Assembly: GCA_038727515.1 (NCBI GenBank)
Contig: JAVYVS010000005.1
Coordinates: 48,609-112,608 of the forward strand
Reading direction: 5' to 3'
DNA from: Candidatus Methanomethylicia archaeon
GTDB taxonomy: Archaea; Thermoproteota; Methanomethylicia; Culexarchaeales; Culexarchaeaceae
Length of the DNA: 64,000 nt
In this document: positions 49,631 to 60,176 of the stretch, piece after piece
Position numbering within the stretch: position 1 is the first letter of the stretch
Layout: each line of letters begins with the position of its first letter
The notes under the pieces: generated by a model
Database searches by the model: none
The model's input: only the letters and a program-made list of their open reading frames with translations
Told to the model about the DNA's origin: nothing
Translations under genes and position numbers: made by a program

Positions 49631-50620
49631 TTGGTGTATTTCATGTGTTCTGAAGTATTTATGTTATGGACTGAGAAATATAGACCAAAAACCTTAGATG
49701 AAGTTGTAAATCAAAAGGATATTGTACCTAGATTAAAAAGTTTTGTCCAGAGTCGGAATATTCCCCATATGTTGTTTGCAGGTCCTCCTGGTTGTGGTAA
49801 AACTACTGTGGCATTGGCTTTAGCTTATGATTTATATGGAAATTATTGGAGGCAAAATGTTTTAGAACTTAATGCATCTGATGAACGTGGTATTCAAACT
49901 GTTAGAGAGAGAGTTAAGGATTATGCTAGAACTATGCCGATAGGCGACGTCCCATTTAAAATAATAATTTTAGATGAAGCAGATAATATGACTGCTGATG
50001 CTCAGCAGGCTTTGAGGCGTATAATGGAGCTTTACACTAGGACATGTAGATTTATATTGATTGCGAATTACTCTAGTAAAATTATTGAGCCTATACAGTC
50101 TAGATGTGCAATCTTTAGGTTTCAACCATTATCTGATGAAGATATTGCGGGAAGGTTGAAGTATATTGCTCAAAAGGAGAATGTAAAATTAACTTCGGGC
50201 GGTCTTGAAGCAATATTATATGTAGCTGAAGGAGATATGAGAAAGGCTATAAATACTCTTCAAGCTGCTGCAGCTATAGGTGATGTTGATGAATCCACTG
50301 TATATAGAGTTGTCGGTAAAGCTAATCCTGTGGAAATTAGGGAGATGATGACTCTTGCCCTAAAAGGAGATTTTGTTAATGCTAGAAATAAGCTTAGGGA
50401 GTTAATGGTGAACTATGGGTTATCCGGTGTAGATATAGTTAAACAAATGCATAGAGAAGTTTTCACATTAGATATACCTGAAGGACTTAAGGTTATTTTA
50501 TCAGATAAAATTGGTGAAGTTAATTTTAGAATGATTGAAGGAGCTGATGAAGATATTCAATTAAGCTATCTATTAGCATGCTTCTCTCTGTATGGTGAAG
50601 AATTGAGGGGTAGTAAATGA
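49631..50620 (+). CDS. rfcS: Replication factor C small subunit
   Basis: [31 protein letters not shown]. Confidence 0.97.
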   Translation: MVYFMCSEVFMLWTEKYRPKTLDEVVNQKDIVPRLKSFVQSRNIPHMLFAGPPGCGKTTVALALAYDLYGNYWRQNVLELNASDERGIQTVRERVKDYARTMPIGDVPFKIIILDEADNMTADAQQALRRIMELYTRTCRFILIANYSSKIIEPIQSRCAIFRFQPLSDEDIAGRLKYIAQKENVKLTSGGLEAILYVAEGDMRKAINTLQAAAAIGDVDESTVYRVVGKANPVEIREMMTLALKGDFVNARNKLRELMVNYGLSGVDIVKQMHREVFTLDIPEGLKVILSDKIGEVNFRMIEGADEDIQLSYLLACFSLYGEELRGSK

Positions 50621-51885
50621 GTACTGCTGAAATGCTTTTATGGGTTAATAAATATAAGCCAAAATCATTTGATGAAATCATTGGAAATAAAGAAGCTATA
50701 TCCACCTTTAGAAACTGGCTTGATAGTTTTTTTAATGGTACTTCACAAAATAAAGCAGCTCTCCTTTGGGGTCCTCCTGGAGTTGGTAAAACTCTTACTG
50801 TGGAAGTTGCAGCTATAGAGTATAAAGCTGAATTAATTCAGATGAATGCTAGTGATAGTAGAAGTTATGATGATGTTGAGAGAATTGCAATAACTACATC
50901 AAAACATGTAGGATTTAGTGTTTCTAGGAAGATAATTCTTGTTGATGAAATTGATGGAATACTAGTATCTGAAGATAAGGGTGGGTTAAATGCTTTAATA
51001 AAACTTATTGAAGTTTCTAAGTTTCCAGTGGTTTTTACAGCTAATGATCCTTGGGATCCACGATTTAAACAGTTAAGGGATGCATGTTTAATGATACAGT
51101 TTAATGCTGTTAGAAGTACATCTATAATTCCTTTTCTCGAAAAGATTTGTCGTGCAGAAGGTATTTCATATAATCGTGAAGCACTTAAAATTATTGCTGA
51201 GAGATGTGAAGGTGATGTTAGATCTGCTATAAATGATCTTCAAACATGTGTTGCTGGTAGGAAAGTCCTTAAGTTGGAGGATGTTAAATGGCTTGCATAT
51301 AGGGATAGGGTTATTCCTGCATTTGAAGTTTTAAGAGGCATATTCTCCGCTAACACATGTAATTCCGCTAAGAGATATACTATAACTTCAGATCTCTCCT
51401 ACGATGAGCTTATACAATGGCTTAATGAAAACATTCCAATACAGTATAGTGAACCAAAGGAACTTGTAGACGCCTTTAATTCTCTTTCAAAGGCAGATGT
51501 CTATTTAGGTAGGATAAAGAGTTCTCAAGATTGGTCGCTTTTAAGTTATGCTATGGATCTAATGACTGCAGGAGTTGCTTTAGCTAAAAAGGGAAAGTAC
51601 AAGTTTGTTAAATACTCATTTCCAGAACGTATTAGACTTCTTCAGAGAAGTGTGGAAATACGAGAGTTAATGAATGAGATTGCAAAGCTTTTAGCTAAAA
51701 ATTGCCATGTATCTTCTAAAACAGCAATTTCAGAGTATATTCCAATATTGAAGATTATATTCAATCATAATGTTAAGATGGCTGCTGGAATAGCTTCTTG
51801 GCTTGATTTAGACGATAGAATGATAGAATTCTTAACTGGAGATATTAATAAGAGTAATGAGATAAAGTCTCTAATTAGACATTGA
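50617..51885 (+). CDS. rfcL: Replication factor C large subunit
   Basis: [34 protein letters not shown]. Confidence 0.94.
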   Translation: MSTAEMLLWVNKYKPKSFDEIIGNKEAISTFRNWLDSFFNGTSQNKAALLWGPPGVGKTLTVEVAAIEYKAELIQMNASDSRSYDDVERIAITTSKHVGFSVSRKIILVDEIDGILVSEDKGGLNALIKLIEVSKFPVVFTANDPWDPRFKQLRDACLMIQFNAVRSTSIIPFLEKICRAEGISYNREALKIIAERCEGDVRSAINDLQTCVAGRKVLKLEDVKWLAYRDRVIPAFEVLRGIFSANTCNSAKRYTITSDLSYDELIQWLNENIPIQYSEPKELVDAFNSLSKADVYLGRIKSSQDWSLLSYAMDLMTAGVALAKKGKYKFVKYSFPERIRLLQRSVEIRELMNEIAKLLAKNCHVSSKTAISEYIPILKIIFNHNVKMAAGIASWLDLDDRMIEFLTGDINKSNEIKSLIRH

Positions 51886-52704
51886 AGTATATATTTCATT
51901 GAATTCTTTTATTTCATTCAACAATCTTCTAAAGTCTTTTAGCATTTCTCTTAATATATATGCTTCTTCTGGTGATTCACTTAACCTTCTATTTAGTATA
52001 CTTAATACTTTCTCTACTCCTATATCATTTATCTTATAATTTAATGGATAGTATGAGTTCACTAGATATAGATTTTCTGGAGGAGCCATGTGGAGTTTTC
52101 CATTAAAATCCCATATATTAGTATAATTTAATTTTCCACTTCCAATTTCCATTAATAGTGTTATTAAATTTCTTATTAATCCTCTAGCAAATTTTGAACC
52201 TATAAACTCTATTATGACATATCCATCTTCAGTTTTTTCAGTTTTCGCATAGTATATCCTTCTTATGACCGGTCCCCTAATCTTATAGCAAAACTTCCTG
52301 AAATCGTGTACACCAATTAAATCCTTTAAAGCATTCTTTATTCTTTCTAAATCTAAATCTTTCCTCTGTATTATGTACTTGTAATGTCTATATATTGTGC
52401 CTCTTCTAGCATCAAAGTTTTTTGGTGCTTTAGCATAAGCCCATATGGCTATATCCTCTGGAAGTTTTATGTTTAAGTTATCTATATCTAAGTTACTTAC
52501 ATTTATGGTTATTATCTGTCCTATTGCATGCACCCCTCTATCAGTTCTACTTGAATACGTTATGTGAATCTTTCTATCTTTAACTAAATCCCTTAGTACT
52601 TCTCTTAAATATCCTTCTACTGTTGGTACATCTTTCTGGGCAGAAAAACCATAATATTTATACCCGAGGTAAAATATTTTTAAAACATTAATTTCGTTTT
52701 CCAA
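51871..52704 (-). CDS. truA: tRNA pseudouridine(38-40) synthase
   Basis: SRTDRGVHA, FDAR, GVHDF, APPENLYL. Confidence 0.9.
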   Translation of the reverse strand: MENEINVLKIFYLGYKYYGFSAQKDVPTVEGYLREVLRDLVKDRKIHITYSSRTDRGVHAIGQIITINVSNLDIDNLNIKLPEDIAIWAYAKAPKNFDARRGTIYRHYKYIIQRKDLDLERIKNALKDLIGVHDFRKFCYKIRGPVIRRIYYAKTEKTEDGYVIIEFIGSKFARGLIRNLITLLMEIGSGKLNYTNIWDFNGKLHMAPPENLYLVNSYYPLNYKINDIGVEKVLSILNRRLSESPEEAYILREMLKDFRRLLNEIKEFNEIYTSMSN

Positions 52705-53618
52705 TATGGTTCTCTCACCTCAATAGCCTTTAAAAAGCACTTTATAAGCTCTACTTCACTTAAATTGTTTTTCAATATTTTACTTATATCTATTAAATTG
52801 TCATTTCTCATTAAACACGTTTTTATCTTTCCATCAGCAGTAAGTCTTATCCTTGTACATGCTGAACAAAAATTTCCATCTTCATATGGTTTAACTACTT
52901 CGACTTCTCCCCCATTTTTGAGTATATATCTTCGCCTATTCTGCATATTTCTCCTAATTATAACTTCTTTTGCTTCCATTTTCAATTTCTCTTCTATTAA
53001 TGATAAGTCTAAATAATGTTTTAAGAAGAATTCATTGTTTATTCCAACATTTTCCAATTCTATTAACTGAAGTATTAGATTTTCTCTTTTTACGTATTCC
53101 ATTAAGTCATATATTTCATTATCATTTATACCTTTCAAAACAACCATATTCACTTTTATTAGTTTTATACCGAATCTTTTCGCCTCCATAATACCTTCTA
53201 ATATTTGTTTTGGAGTATATTCACTATTAGTTATCTTTCTATAGGTTTCTTCTCTTATTGATGGTAAATTTACGTTAATCCTCTTTAACTTTGCTTCTGC
53301 AAGTCTTTTAGCCATTTGTTTTAAGAGAGATCCATTTGTTGTTACTGCTACATCCACTAAACCTTCTATATTGGACGTTTTCTCTATGATCTCTGGTAAA
53401 TCTTTTCTAATTAAAGGTTCTCCACCAGTAAATTTTACCCTTTTTATTCCCAGTTTTACAGTTGCTTTTACTACTCTTTCTATTTCTTCTGGTGTTAATT
53501 CTTCATGTGAAGGTTCTTCCCCCTCCATATGACAATATATGCATTTATAATTACATTGATGGGTAAGTGTTATTCTCAAATTCTCTATGGGTCTACCATA
53601 CCTATCTATTAATGGCAT
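52680..53618 (-). CDS. moaA: GTP 3',8-cyclase MoaA
   Basis: DRYGR, CNYKCIYC, TGGEP, FCSACTRIR..KTCL. Confidence 0.95.
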   Translation of the reverse strand: MPLIDRYGRPIENLRITLTHQCNYKCIYCHMEGEEPSHEELTPEEIERVVKATVKLGIKRVKFTGGEPLIRKDLPEIIEKTSNIEGLVDVAVTTNGSLLKQMAKRLAEAKLKRINVNLPSIREETYRKITNSEYTPKQILEGIMEAKRFGIKLIKVNMVVLKGINDNEIYDLMEYVKRENLILQLIELENVGINNEFFLKHYLDLSLIEEKLKMEAKEVIIRRNMQNRRRYILKNGGEVEVVKPYEDGNFCSACTRIRLTADGKIKTCLMRNDNLIDISKILKNNLSEVELIKCFLKAIEVREPYWKTKLMF

Positions 53619-53657
53619 ATAACTCTTCTCTATATCTATTTAGCTTTCTATTTATCT

Positions 53658-54110
53658 CTATTTATGTAAATCTTTCATTTTCATTTTAACTTCGATTTTC
53701 TCTATCATGGTTTTTGGGTATGCTCCATGCTCATCTTTTTCATATTTCTTAACCATATCCCATATCGTTATTAGAGCTATAGCTGTAGCTGTTAATGCTT
53801 CTATTTCTACACCTGTTTTTGCTTCAGTTTTTACGGTAGCTTCTACTTCTATGGTTTCTTCTCCTACAACTTTTATATCTACATTAACATTGGTTATTGG
53901 TATTGGGTGGCATAATGGTATTATTTCAGAAGTCTTTTTTGCAGCCATTATTGCAGCTATTTTAGCTGTTGAAAATACATCTCCCTTTTCTATATCCCCC
54001 TTTAATATTTTATTAATAGTTTCAGGTTTTAATTTTATTCTTCCATTTGCTGTTGATATTCTTATTGAGGTTTCCTTTCCTGTTATATCAATCATTTTTA
54101 TACTTCCCAT
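53658..54110 (-). CDS. moaC: Cyclic pyranopterin monophosphate synthase
   Basis: IPLCHP, TGVEIEAL, WDMVK. Confidence 0.95.
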   Translation of the reverse strand: MGSIKMIDITGKETSIRISTANGRIKLKPETINKILKGDIEKGDVFSTAKIAAIMAAKKTSEIIPLCHPIPITNVNVDIKVVGEETIEVEATVKTEAKTGVEIEALTATAIALITIWDMVKKYEKDEHGAYPKTMIEKIEVKMKMKDLHK

Positions 54111-54113
54111 AAA

Positions 54114-54374
54114 TCACACCTTCATAAGGAATTCTTCCATAGCTTTTACAACTTTGTTTTGTTCATTTAATTTAAATATTCTTATTCTCCCAAATTTCTT
54201 CTCCAATACTATTCCTTTACTCTTTAATTCCTCTAAATGTTTATTTACTGATGCATAACTTAACTTTGTTTGTTTAGCTATTTCAGAAATATTTAATTCT
54301 CTTTTCATGGTTAATGTTTTAAGTATTTTAGTTCTACCTCTCGATGTAAATATATCTTCTATCTCTATGTGCAT
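54114..54374 (-). CDS. ArsR-like wHTH protein
   Basis: SRGRTKIL, NISEIAK, HLEEL, FGRIRIF; directly downstream of cdc6. Confidence 0.85.
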   Translation of the reverse strand: MHIEIEDIFTSRGRTKILKTLTMKRELNISEIAKQTKLSYASVNKHLEELKSKGIVLEKKFGRIRIFKLNEQNKVVKAMEEFLMKV

Positions 54375-55570
54375 TACTTATTCACCTCTAAGTTTTTTAA
54401 TAATTCCCTTTCAAGGATTTCTATTGGAATTTCTGGTAAAGATATCTGTGTCGTCCTACCTTTTGGTTCTAAGTTCATTACCTTGGTTGATATTAATCCA
54501 ATATTTTTTAAGTTTTGTATACTCTCCCATATTTTTGTATGTGCTCTTGGCTCAAAATTGTATTCTTCGCAAACAATTTTATACATTTTCTCAACTTCTC
54601 CAATACTCACATACTGTTGTTCATATTTCTTTAAACATTTTACAATGGATAATAACAACAGTTTTTCATGTTTGGATAGTGTATCTATTTCTTCTCCTCT
54701 TATACTTGGGTGCATCAGTGAAGTAGCCATCCTCACATTTTCTAAACTTACAAGTTTCCTCCCTTCCATTTCAGCTATTTTGGCTGCTCTCCAAAGTAAT
54801 TCCAATGCATATCTTGCATCCCCTGTTTTTGCAGCTATCTCAGCTATACTCCAAATAACTTCACTACTTATCGTATTTTCATAAAATGCTTCTCTTACTC
54901 TTTCAATTAATATGTCTTTTAATTGTTCTGCTGTGTAAGGTTTAAATTTTATTATATTCTGCATTAAAACACTTTGTGTACTGCGATCCAGTAATGGTAT
55001 AAATGAGCTATCTCTAGCTATTAATATGAAACTAACTCTTTGCGGTTTATTTAAGTATTCATCAGAGACTCTTAATAGATCATAGAGTGATGTTTCCCCT
55101 CCAATTCTTATGAAGTAATCTACTTCATCTAGTGTTAAAAGCATGTATTCATTTTCCTCTTCCAATTTTTCATAAATTATATTTAATAATTCTTGAGTTG
55201 AAAGTCCTCTATCTGGAAATCCATCTATCAAATTTTTCGCCATCTTAGTTAATATTAGAAATGGCGTTCTATCTTTATGGCAATTTATGTGGATATACCT
55301 CAATTTTATATTTCTTCGTTTTGCGGCGTCTGAAAAACTTAAACCAAATAGTTTTGAGGTTGCAGTTTTCCCACTTCCTACAGGTCCTATTATTAAAACT
55401 TTTTGTGACATTCTTCCCGGTGCATCAATCATGCATCTTAAATAACTTAATAATTGTCTAATTTCATTTTCTCTATGAACTAGATTTTGTGGTACATAGT
55501 CTGGTGAAAGTTTGCTCTCATCTTTAAATATAGTTTTCTTAAATAATTCCTCTTCAATTATTTTAGACAA
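54374..55570 (-). CDS. cdc6: Orc1/Cdc6 replication initiator family protein
   Basis: YVP..HRE, GPVGSGKT, INC, LDEVD, GDARYAL, wH domain GRT. Confidence 0.95.
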   Translation of the reverse strand: MSKIIEEELFKKTIFKDESKLSPDYVPQNLVHRENEIRQLLSYLRCMIDAPGRMSQKVLIIGPVGSGKTATSKLFGLSFSDAAKRRNIKLRYIHINCHKDRTPFLILTKMAKNLIDGFPDRGLSTQELLNIIYEKLEEENEYMLLTLDEVDYFIRIGGETSLYDLLRVSDEYLNKPQRVSFILIARDSSFIPLLDRSTQSVLMQNIIKFKPYTAEQLKDILIERVREAFYENTISSEVIWSIAEIAAKTGDARYALELLWRAAKIAEMEGRKLVSLENVRMATSLMHPSIRGEEIDTLSKHEKLLLLSIVKCLKKYEQQYVSIGEVEKMYKIVCEEYNFEPRAHTKIWESIQNLKNIGLISTKVMNLEPKGRTTQISLPEIPIEILERELLKNLEVNK

Positions 55571-55661
55571 AATTCATCAAAAGCATTTACTTTTTCAATG
55601 AATTTATATGTTTCGTTCATTTAAACTAACTTATAGTAGAGAGTTAACTGAAAGTAATCTT

Positions 55662-56174
55662 CTATAAAAATTTATTTAATTCCCATACGTCATTACGCTC
55701 AATCAATGACAATATAGTTCCCCAATTAAAGATAAATAAGAAGACCATTATATCTGGATTCTTTAAATTAACAGTCCATCCCTTTCTCTCCTTCAACTTT
55801 TCAGCAATAATATTCATCAATTCTCTACTCATATTTAATTTTCCATAATCTTTCAAATAGATTTTAAAAGTTTTATTAGAATCTTTAATGTTTTCTGAAA
55901 GCATGATTACACTATTCAATATTTCATTAATACTATTTCCTACGACTCTATCTATGGGTATAATTTTCTTAGCTTGACTAACGAAACACTTTCTAAAAAT
56001 ATTGATAATATCTTTCCCATTGAGTTTTGACTCTATTAACAATACTCCTGGGGCATTTAATTTCACAATTCTAGACTCTAAATCATATGGCAATATACAA
56101 TCTAGAATTTCCAATTCCGCTTCTGCTTCATGTGATGTCCTTACTATTGCTAGCGCCGCAGGTTTTACGCTCAA
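55662..56174 (-). CDS. THUMP-domain protein
   Basis: IIPID and VNLKNPD motifs. Confidence 0.75.
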   Translation of the reverse strand: MSVKPAALAIVRTSHEAEAELEILDCILPYDLESRIVKLNAPGVLLIESKLNGKDIINIFRKCFVSQAKKIIPIDRVVGNSINEILNSVIMLSENIKDSNKTFKIYLKDYGKLNMSRELMNIIAEKLKERKGWTVNLKNPDIMVFLFIFNWGTILSLIERNDVWELNKFL

Positions 56175-56223
56175 ATCTATATACCTACCATTAAATTAAA
56201 ATATGATTTCATTAAAATGTTTA

Positions 56224-56282
56224 TTGGGATGATGACTCTAGCCCTGATGAACTAATGATTGGGATCTTGAGTGCTGAACCAA
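56224..56282 (+). ncRNA. Box C/D guide sRNA (predicted Cm34 of tRNA-Leu(CAA))
   Basis: TTGG stem, box C ATGATGA (56229-35), D' CTGA/ATGA (56244-50), C' CTAATGA, guide TTGGGATCTTGAGTG, box D CTGA (56274-77), CCAA stem. Confidence 0.85.
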
Positions 56283-56318
56283 CTTTAAATTATTTTAGTT
56301 TTTAGTTAATGTTTATTT

Positions 56319-57404
56319 TTGAGTAATTTTATTACTATTAGAAGTTATATGAAGCTTTTAATTGGTGGGGGAGCTATTTTAGATGTTAATGAAATAATTA
56401 AGGGTATTGTTGAGCTTTCTGGAGGACATAATTGTAAGATAGGGATAATACCTTTAGCTAGTGGGTCTCCTTATGAAACTTGGAAAGAACATAAAAAGTG
56501 TTTTGAAAGTTTTAATGTTGATCCAATACTTTTAGATATAACTTCTGAAAACTATAGAGTTAATGCATTTTCAAATGAAATCGTTGATTTAATATTGGAT
56601 TTAGATGGAATCTACTTTACTGGTGGGGTTCAAGAAAGGATAATTAAAGGATTAATAGTGGATGGAGAAGAAACGCCAGCGCTCAAAGCTATAAGGAAAT
56701 TATATTCAAATGGAAAATTAATTGCTGGTTCAAGTGCTGGTGCAGCAATAATGAGTAATCCAATGATATATGAGGGTATGGATGTGAATGTTAAAGTTGG
56801 AATTGGGTTAGGCTTCCTAATGAATGGGAAAGTAATTGTAGATCAACATTTTATTCAAAGAGGTCGCTTTACAAGACTTTTTGAAGCAATGTGGAAAACT
56901 GAAGTTAAACTTGGTATAGGGGTTGATGAAAAGACGGCATTAAAAATTAAGGATAATGTAGGTGAAGTTATTGGTAGATCAATGATAATTATACTTGAAA
57001 TGAAAGACAAAAATAATTTTAAATTATCCTGTATCTCTTCTGGTGATATTATTGATTTAGATAGTTTGGAGATTCATGTAAGTGAGGGAAAAAGAATCTT
57101 AGAAAAAACTAGTAGAGATAATAAGGTGAAGGAATATGTTTTTGATATATTAACTCCTCATGGATTTTATAATACCCTTATGAAACTTTATAATATTGAT
57201 AATTCTTTAGAAGCTTTAGTTATTAGAGTATTGGATGATAGAGGTTACGAGAAAAGTGGATATGCATATAGTTTTACATTTGAAAAAGATTCAGAAACAT
57301 TATTTTACTCTGGAGAGAATGGGAAAATTTCAACAGCAATTAATATAAACGTTCTCGTGGAGAGGAAGAATGTTAAGATTTTGTTTGGAGATGATGGTCT
57401 TTAA
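56319..57404 (+). CDS. Cyanophycinase-like S51 peptidase
   Basis: IPLAS, YFTGGVQ, GSSAGA nucleophile, VDQHF.QRGR, GVDE. Confidence 0.82.
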   Translation: MSNFITIRSYMKLLIGGGAILDVNEIIKGIVELSGGHNCKIGIIPLASGSPYETWKEHKKCFESFNVDPILLDITSENYRVNAFSNEIVDLILDLDGIYFTGGVQERIIKGLIVDGEETPALKAIRKLYSNGKLIAGSSAGAAIMSNPMIYEGMDVNVKVGIGLGFLMNGKVIVDQHFIQRGRFTRLFEAMWKTEVKLGIGVDEKTALKIKDNVGEVIGRSMIIILEMKDKNNFKLSCISSGDIIDLDSLEIHVSEGKRILEKTSRDNKVKEYVFDILTPHGFYNTLMKLYNIDNSLEALVIRVLDDRGYEKSGYAYSFTFEKDSETLFYSGENGKISTAININVLVERKNVKILFGDDGL

Positions 57405-57448
57405 TTAAATTCTCCATTTAAACTTAATTGATTAACTACTTATATAAC

Positions 57449-58399
57449 TTATATTGGTGGCGGCTCTTTCCCACGATGTTTATTTATTGACTTACACCAT
57501 TTCAAAAATTCTTTTGATGGTTCATATTTTTCATATAATAAATCCCTTATACATTCAAGTGTTTTATTTCTTCCCCCCATGTACTCTGCTGCTGTTTGTA
57601 CCTTATTTTCCCCTTTCTCCCTTATTTTATTGAAATATTTTCTCCAATCTTTATCTCTTAGGATATGGTGGTCTAAAATTATTTTTGGTATATTATTTTT
57701 CAGTGTTTTAATATTATCTATGATTTCTATAACTTTTTTCTTCTCTGTAGCTATATATGTAGTCGGCCCCCCAATTATTGTTATATTTGGTTTTAACATT
57801 ATTATTTCGTTTGTGAGTTTTAGGGTTTGCGGTCCTTGTATATCTGATGTATATAGTACCTTCTCATCTTCTTCCTCTATTTCCACCATTAATACATATC
57901 CTAATTTTGAATATTCTTCTCCATGTGGTATTGGTTTACTTATACGTATCCTTGTGTTATTGATATTAATGGTTTTATTATCTGCTATTTCCACTTTACA
58001 CTCTATTTTATTTAGTAATTTCCAGTGTATCCATCCTCTCCTCTTTTGATTTAAATTAATATTATTCTTATAGTCTTTTAAAAGTATATTCTTTCCTTCA
58101 TACAACTTTTCTGCATTTTCAGGATCACTCCATGTCCACATATAATCAGTTATCTTAAGTTGGGTGTAATGATCTATATGATAATGTGTAATGATTATTA
58201 AATCAGCTTTTTCCGCTTCTTTATACATTCTCTTCCTAGCTTTAATTAAACTCTTATATTCCTTTGGATGCGGCATCTTTCCATATCTTAATCCTAAGGA
58301 CATTCCTGGATCTATCATCAACCTTATATCCTTTGTTTCAATGAATGTGCACATAGATCGTACTCCTAAACTTTCAAATGCTATTGGAATTATTTTCAT
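57449..58399 (-). CDS. UPF0282 metallo-beta-lactamase-fold hydrolase
   Basis: AFESLGVRSM, THYHIDH, PHG, SDIQGP, DHHILRD. Confidence 0.88.
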   Translation of the reverse strand: MKIIPIAFESLGVRSMCTFIETKDIRLMIDPGMSLGLRYGKMPHPKEYKSLIKARKRMYKEAEKADLIIITHYHIDHYTQLKITDYMWTWSDPENAEKLYEGKNILLKDYKNNINLNQKRRGWIHWKLLNKIECKVEIADNKTININNTRIRISKPIPHGEEYSKLGYVLMVEIEEEDEKVLYTSDIQGPQTLKLTNEIIMLKPNITIIGGPTTYIATEKKKVIEIIDNIKTLKNNIPKIILDHHILRDKDWRKYFNKIREKGENKVQTAAEYMGGRNKTLECIRDLLYEKYEPSKEFLKWCKSINKHRGKEPPPI

Positions 58400-58421
58400 G
58401 GTCTATAATCAATTCTATTGA

Positions 58422-58841
58422 TTAATTTTTACCATTTTGTGGATTATTTATAAATCCTTTCCTCTTCAAATCTCTCATAACCTTTTCTATGCTTCTTAAA
58501 TCAGTATTCAATATTCTTGCCAGATCTTCCTTTGTAAGATTTGGTTCACGTTCTAAAAGTTTCATTACATTTCTCTCTAAATCCTTCTTTTTCCCCTTAT
58601 TCTTAACCCACTTTATATAGCTTATTGATGATCCTGGGATTAACATGTATTCATTAGTATCATCTTCTTCTCCTGAAGGTTTTTCAATTATTAGATTTAG
58701 ATAATCTGGGTCCATCCCTATGAGTTTTCCTGTTATTGTATTTCCATCAACCAATTGAATCTTAACCAATACATTCTTCAATTTCATAATTTTCCTTACA
58801 AATTTCTCTCTATTATTTTCCTCGTACAATAATTCCACCAC
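58422..58841 (-). CDS. Sm/Lsm-fold protein with C-terminal HTH
   Basis: Sm1 VKIQLVDGNTITGKLIGMD..LNLII, Sm2 LIPGSSISYI, then helix-turn-helix LTKEDLARILNTDLRSIEKVMRDL. Confidence 0.72.
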   Translation of the reverse strand: MVELLYEENNREKFVRKIMKLKNVLVKIQLVDGNTITGKLIGMDPDYLNLIIEKPSGEEDDTNEYMLIPGSSISYIKWVKNKGKKKDLERNVMKLLEREPNLTKEDLARILNTDLRSIEKVMRDLKRKGFINNPQNGKN

Positions 58842-58902
58842 GTACTCTCTGTGTCATTTCTCCTTGGATGTATATATTATTTTCTCCAGTATGTTTATGT
58901 AG

Positions 58903-58978
58903 TGCGGCGGCCGGGATTTGAACCCGGGATCACGAGCTTGGGAGACTCGGGTCCTAGACCAGGCTGGACGACCGCCGC
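58903..58978 (-). tRNA. tRNA-Gly(CCC)
   Basis: Minus-strand cloverleaf: GCGGCGG acceptor, anticodon arm CGAGT-CTCCCAA-GCTCG, T arm CCGGG-TTCAAAT-CCCGG. Confidence 0.95.
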
Positions 58979-59086
58979 ATAGCATATATGGGGCTCCTCC
59001 TAATGCCTTTATATCACTTCTCATTTTAACTCTGATCAGTCATTGCCCCAATATATTTATTTTTATAATGCCCTTTTAAATTTTAA

Positions 59087-59806
59087 TTGGGGTTTTATTT
59101 GTTTAGGGTAGGATTATTAATTCCTTCTTCTAATACTACAATGGAGGAAGAGTTTTGGCGAATTCTACCTCGAGGCTTTTCTGTTCATGTTGCACGTTTA
59201 AAACTTCGTAATGTTAATGTTGAAGAATTGTCTTTAATGGAGTCTTATATTGATGATGAAGTTTTAAAACTTGTTGATGCTGATGTTGATATTATAGTTT
59301 ATGGTTGTACCACTGGTAGTCTTTTTAGGGGGTTGGGTCATGATAAAGCTATTGAAGATAAAATTGAGAGAATTAGTGGTAAACCTGCAATATCAACTTC
59401 TGGTGCTGTGGTTAAGGCTTTAAATTTCCTTGGCGCTAGGAATATTTCTATTGCTACACCATATATTGATGAACTAAATAATTTGGAAAGAAAATTCTTT
59501 GTTGATAATGGTTTTAATGTTTTAGATTTGAAGTCTCTAAATATTTTGAGGAATACTGATATTGGTAGGGTGCCCTCCAATATGGTGATAGATTTAGTTT
59601 TAAAGCTTAATTACTCCTCCTCTGATGCTATATTTATAAGTTGTACAAATCTACCAACTTTGAATTTAATTGATTATTTAGAGAATATTGTTGGTAAACC
59701 TGTTGTATCAAGTAATAGTGCAACTCTATGGGCTATTTTGAATAGGTTGAATTGTAAGATTGATGTTTATGGTTTTGGTAAGTTGCTTTCTTCATTGAGA
59801 GGATGA
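59087..59806 (+). CDS. Maleate cis-trans isomerase / Asp-Glu racemase family protein
   Basis: PSSNTTME, YGCTTGS, ATPY, ISCTNL (two catalytic Cys), SSN. Confidence 0.88.
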   Translation: MGFYLFRVGLLIPSSNTTMEEEFWRILPRGFSVHVARLKLRNVNVEELSLMESYIDDEVLKLVDADVDIIVYGCTTGSLFRGLGHDKAIEDKIERISGKPAISTSGAVVKALNFLGARNISIATPYIDELNNLERKFFVDNGFNVLDLKSLNILRNTDIGRVPSNMVIDLVLKLNYSSSDAIFISCTNLPTLNLIDYLENIVGKPVVSSNSATLWAILNRLNCKIDVYGFGKLLSSLRG

Positions 59807-59843
59807 GGAATAGTAATATATTTTTGCGTTATATATCTATATT

Positions 59844-60176
59844 GTGTCAAGTGGATATGATAAGTTTAGTGCTACATTGATTCTCTTAGGTTCTTTCTCA
59901 TTAGCATTATGGTTAGTATCTACCATGTTATTTTCAAAAGATTTTCTTATACAAATTATATATGGAGTTCTTTCAGCCTTTTTCATCTTCATGATTTATC
60001 AAGCTTTTAGATATAAATCTCCTAGGGGAAAGGTGATAATTGCTTTTTCAGGTGCCTTATTGGGAGTTATGGTGGCGTTATCTTGGGCTACTTATAACTT
60101 TTCCTTAGTGAATTCCATGGTTATTGCAGGTGTAGGTACACTATTACTACTTTATGGTTTCTATGGCGTTGAATAA
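59844..60176 (+). CDS. Hypothetical 4-TM membrane protein
   Basis: Four hydrophobic segments. Confidence 0.65.
   Translation: MSSGYDKFSATLILLGSFSLALWLVSTMLFSKDFLIQIIYGVLSAFFIFMIYQAFRYKSPRGKVIIAFSGALLGVMVALSWATYNFSLVNSMVIAGVGTLLLLYGFYGVE

Noticed and set aside
55571-55661. Possible replication origin next to cdc6
   Set aside because: The gap is only ~90 bp and I see no ORB or mini-ORB repeats; the THUMP-cdc6-wHTH context fits an origin-less paralog.
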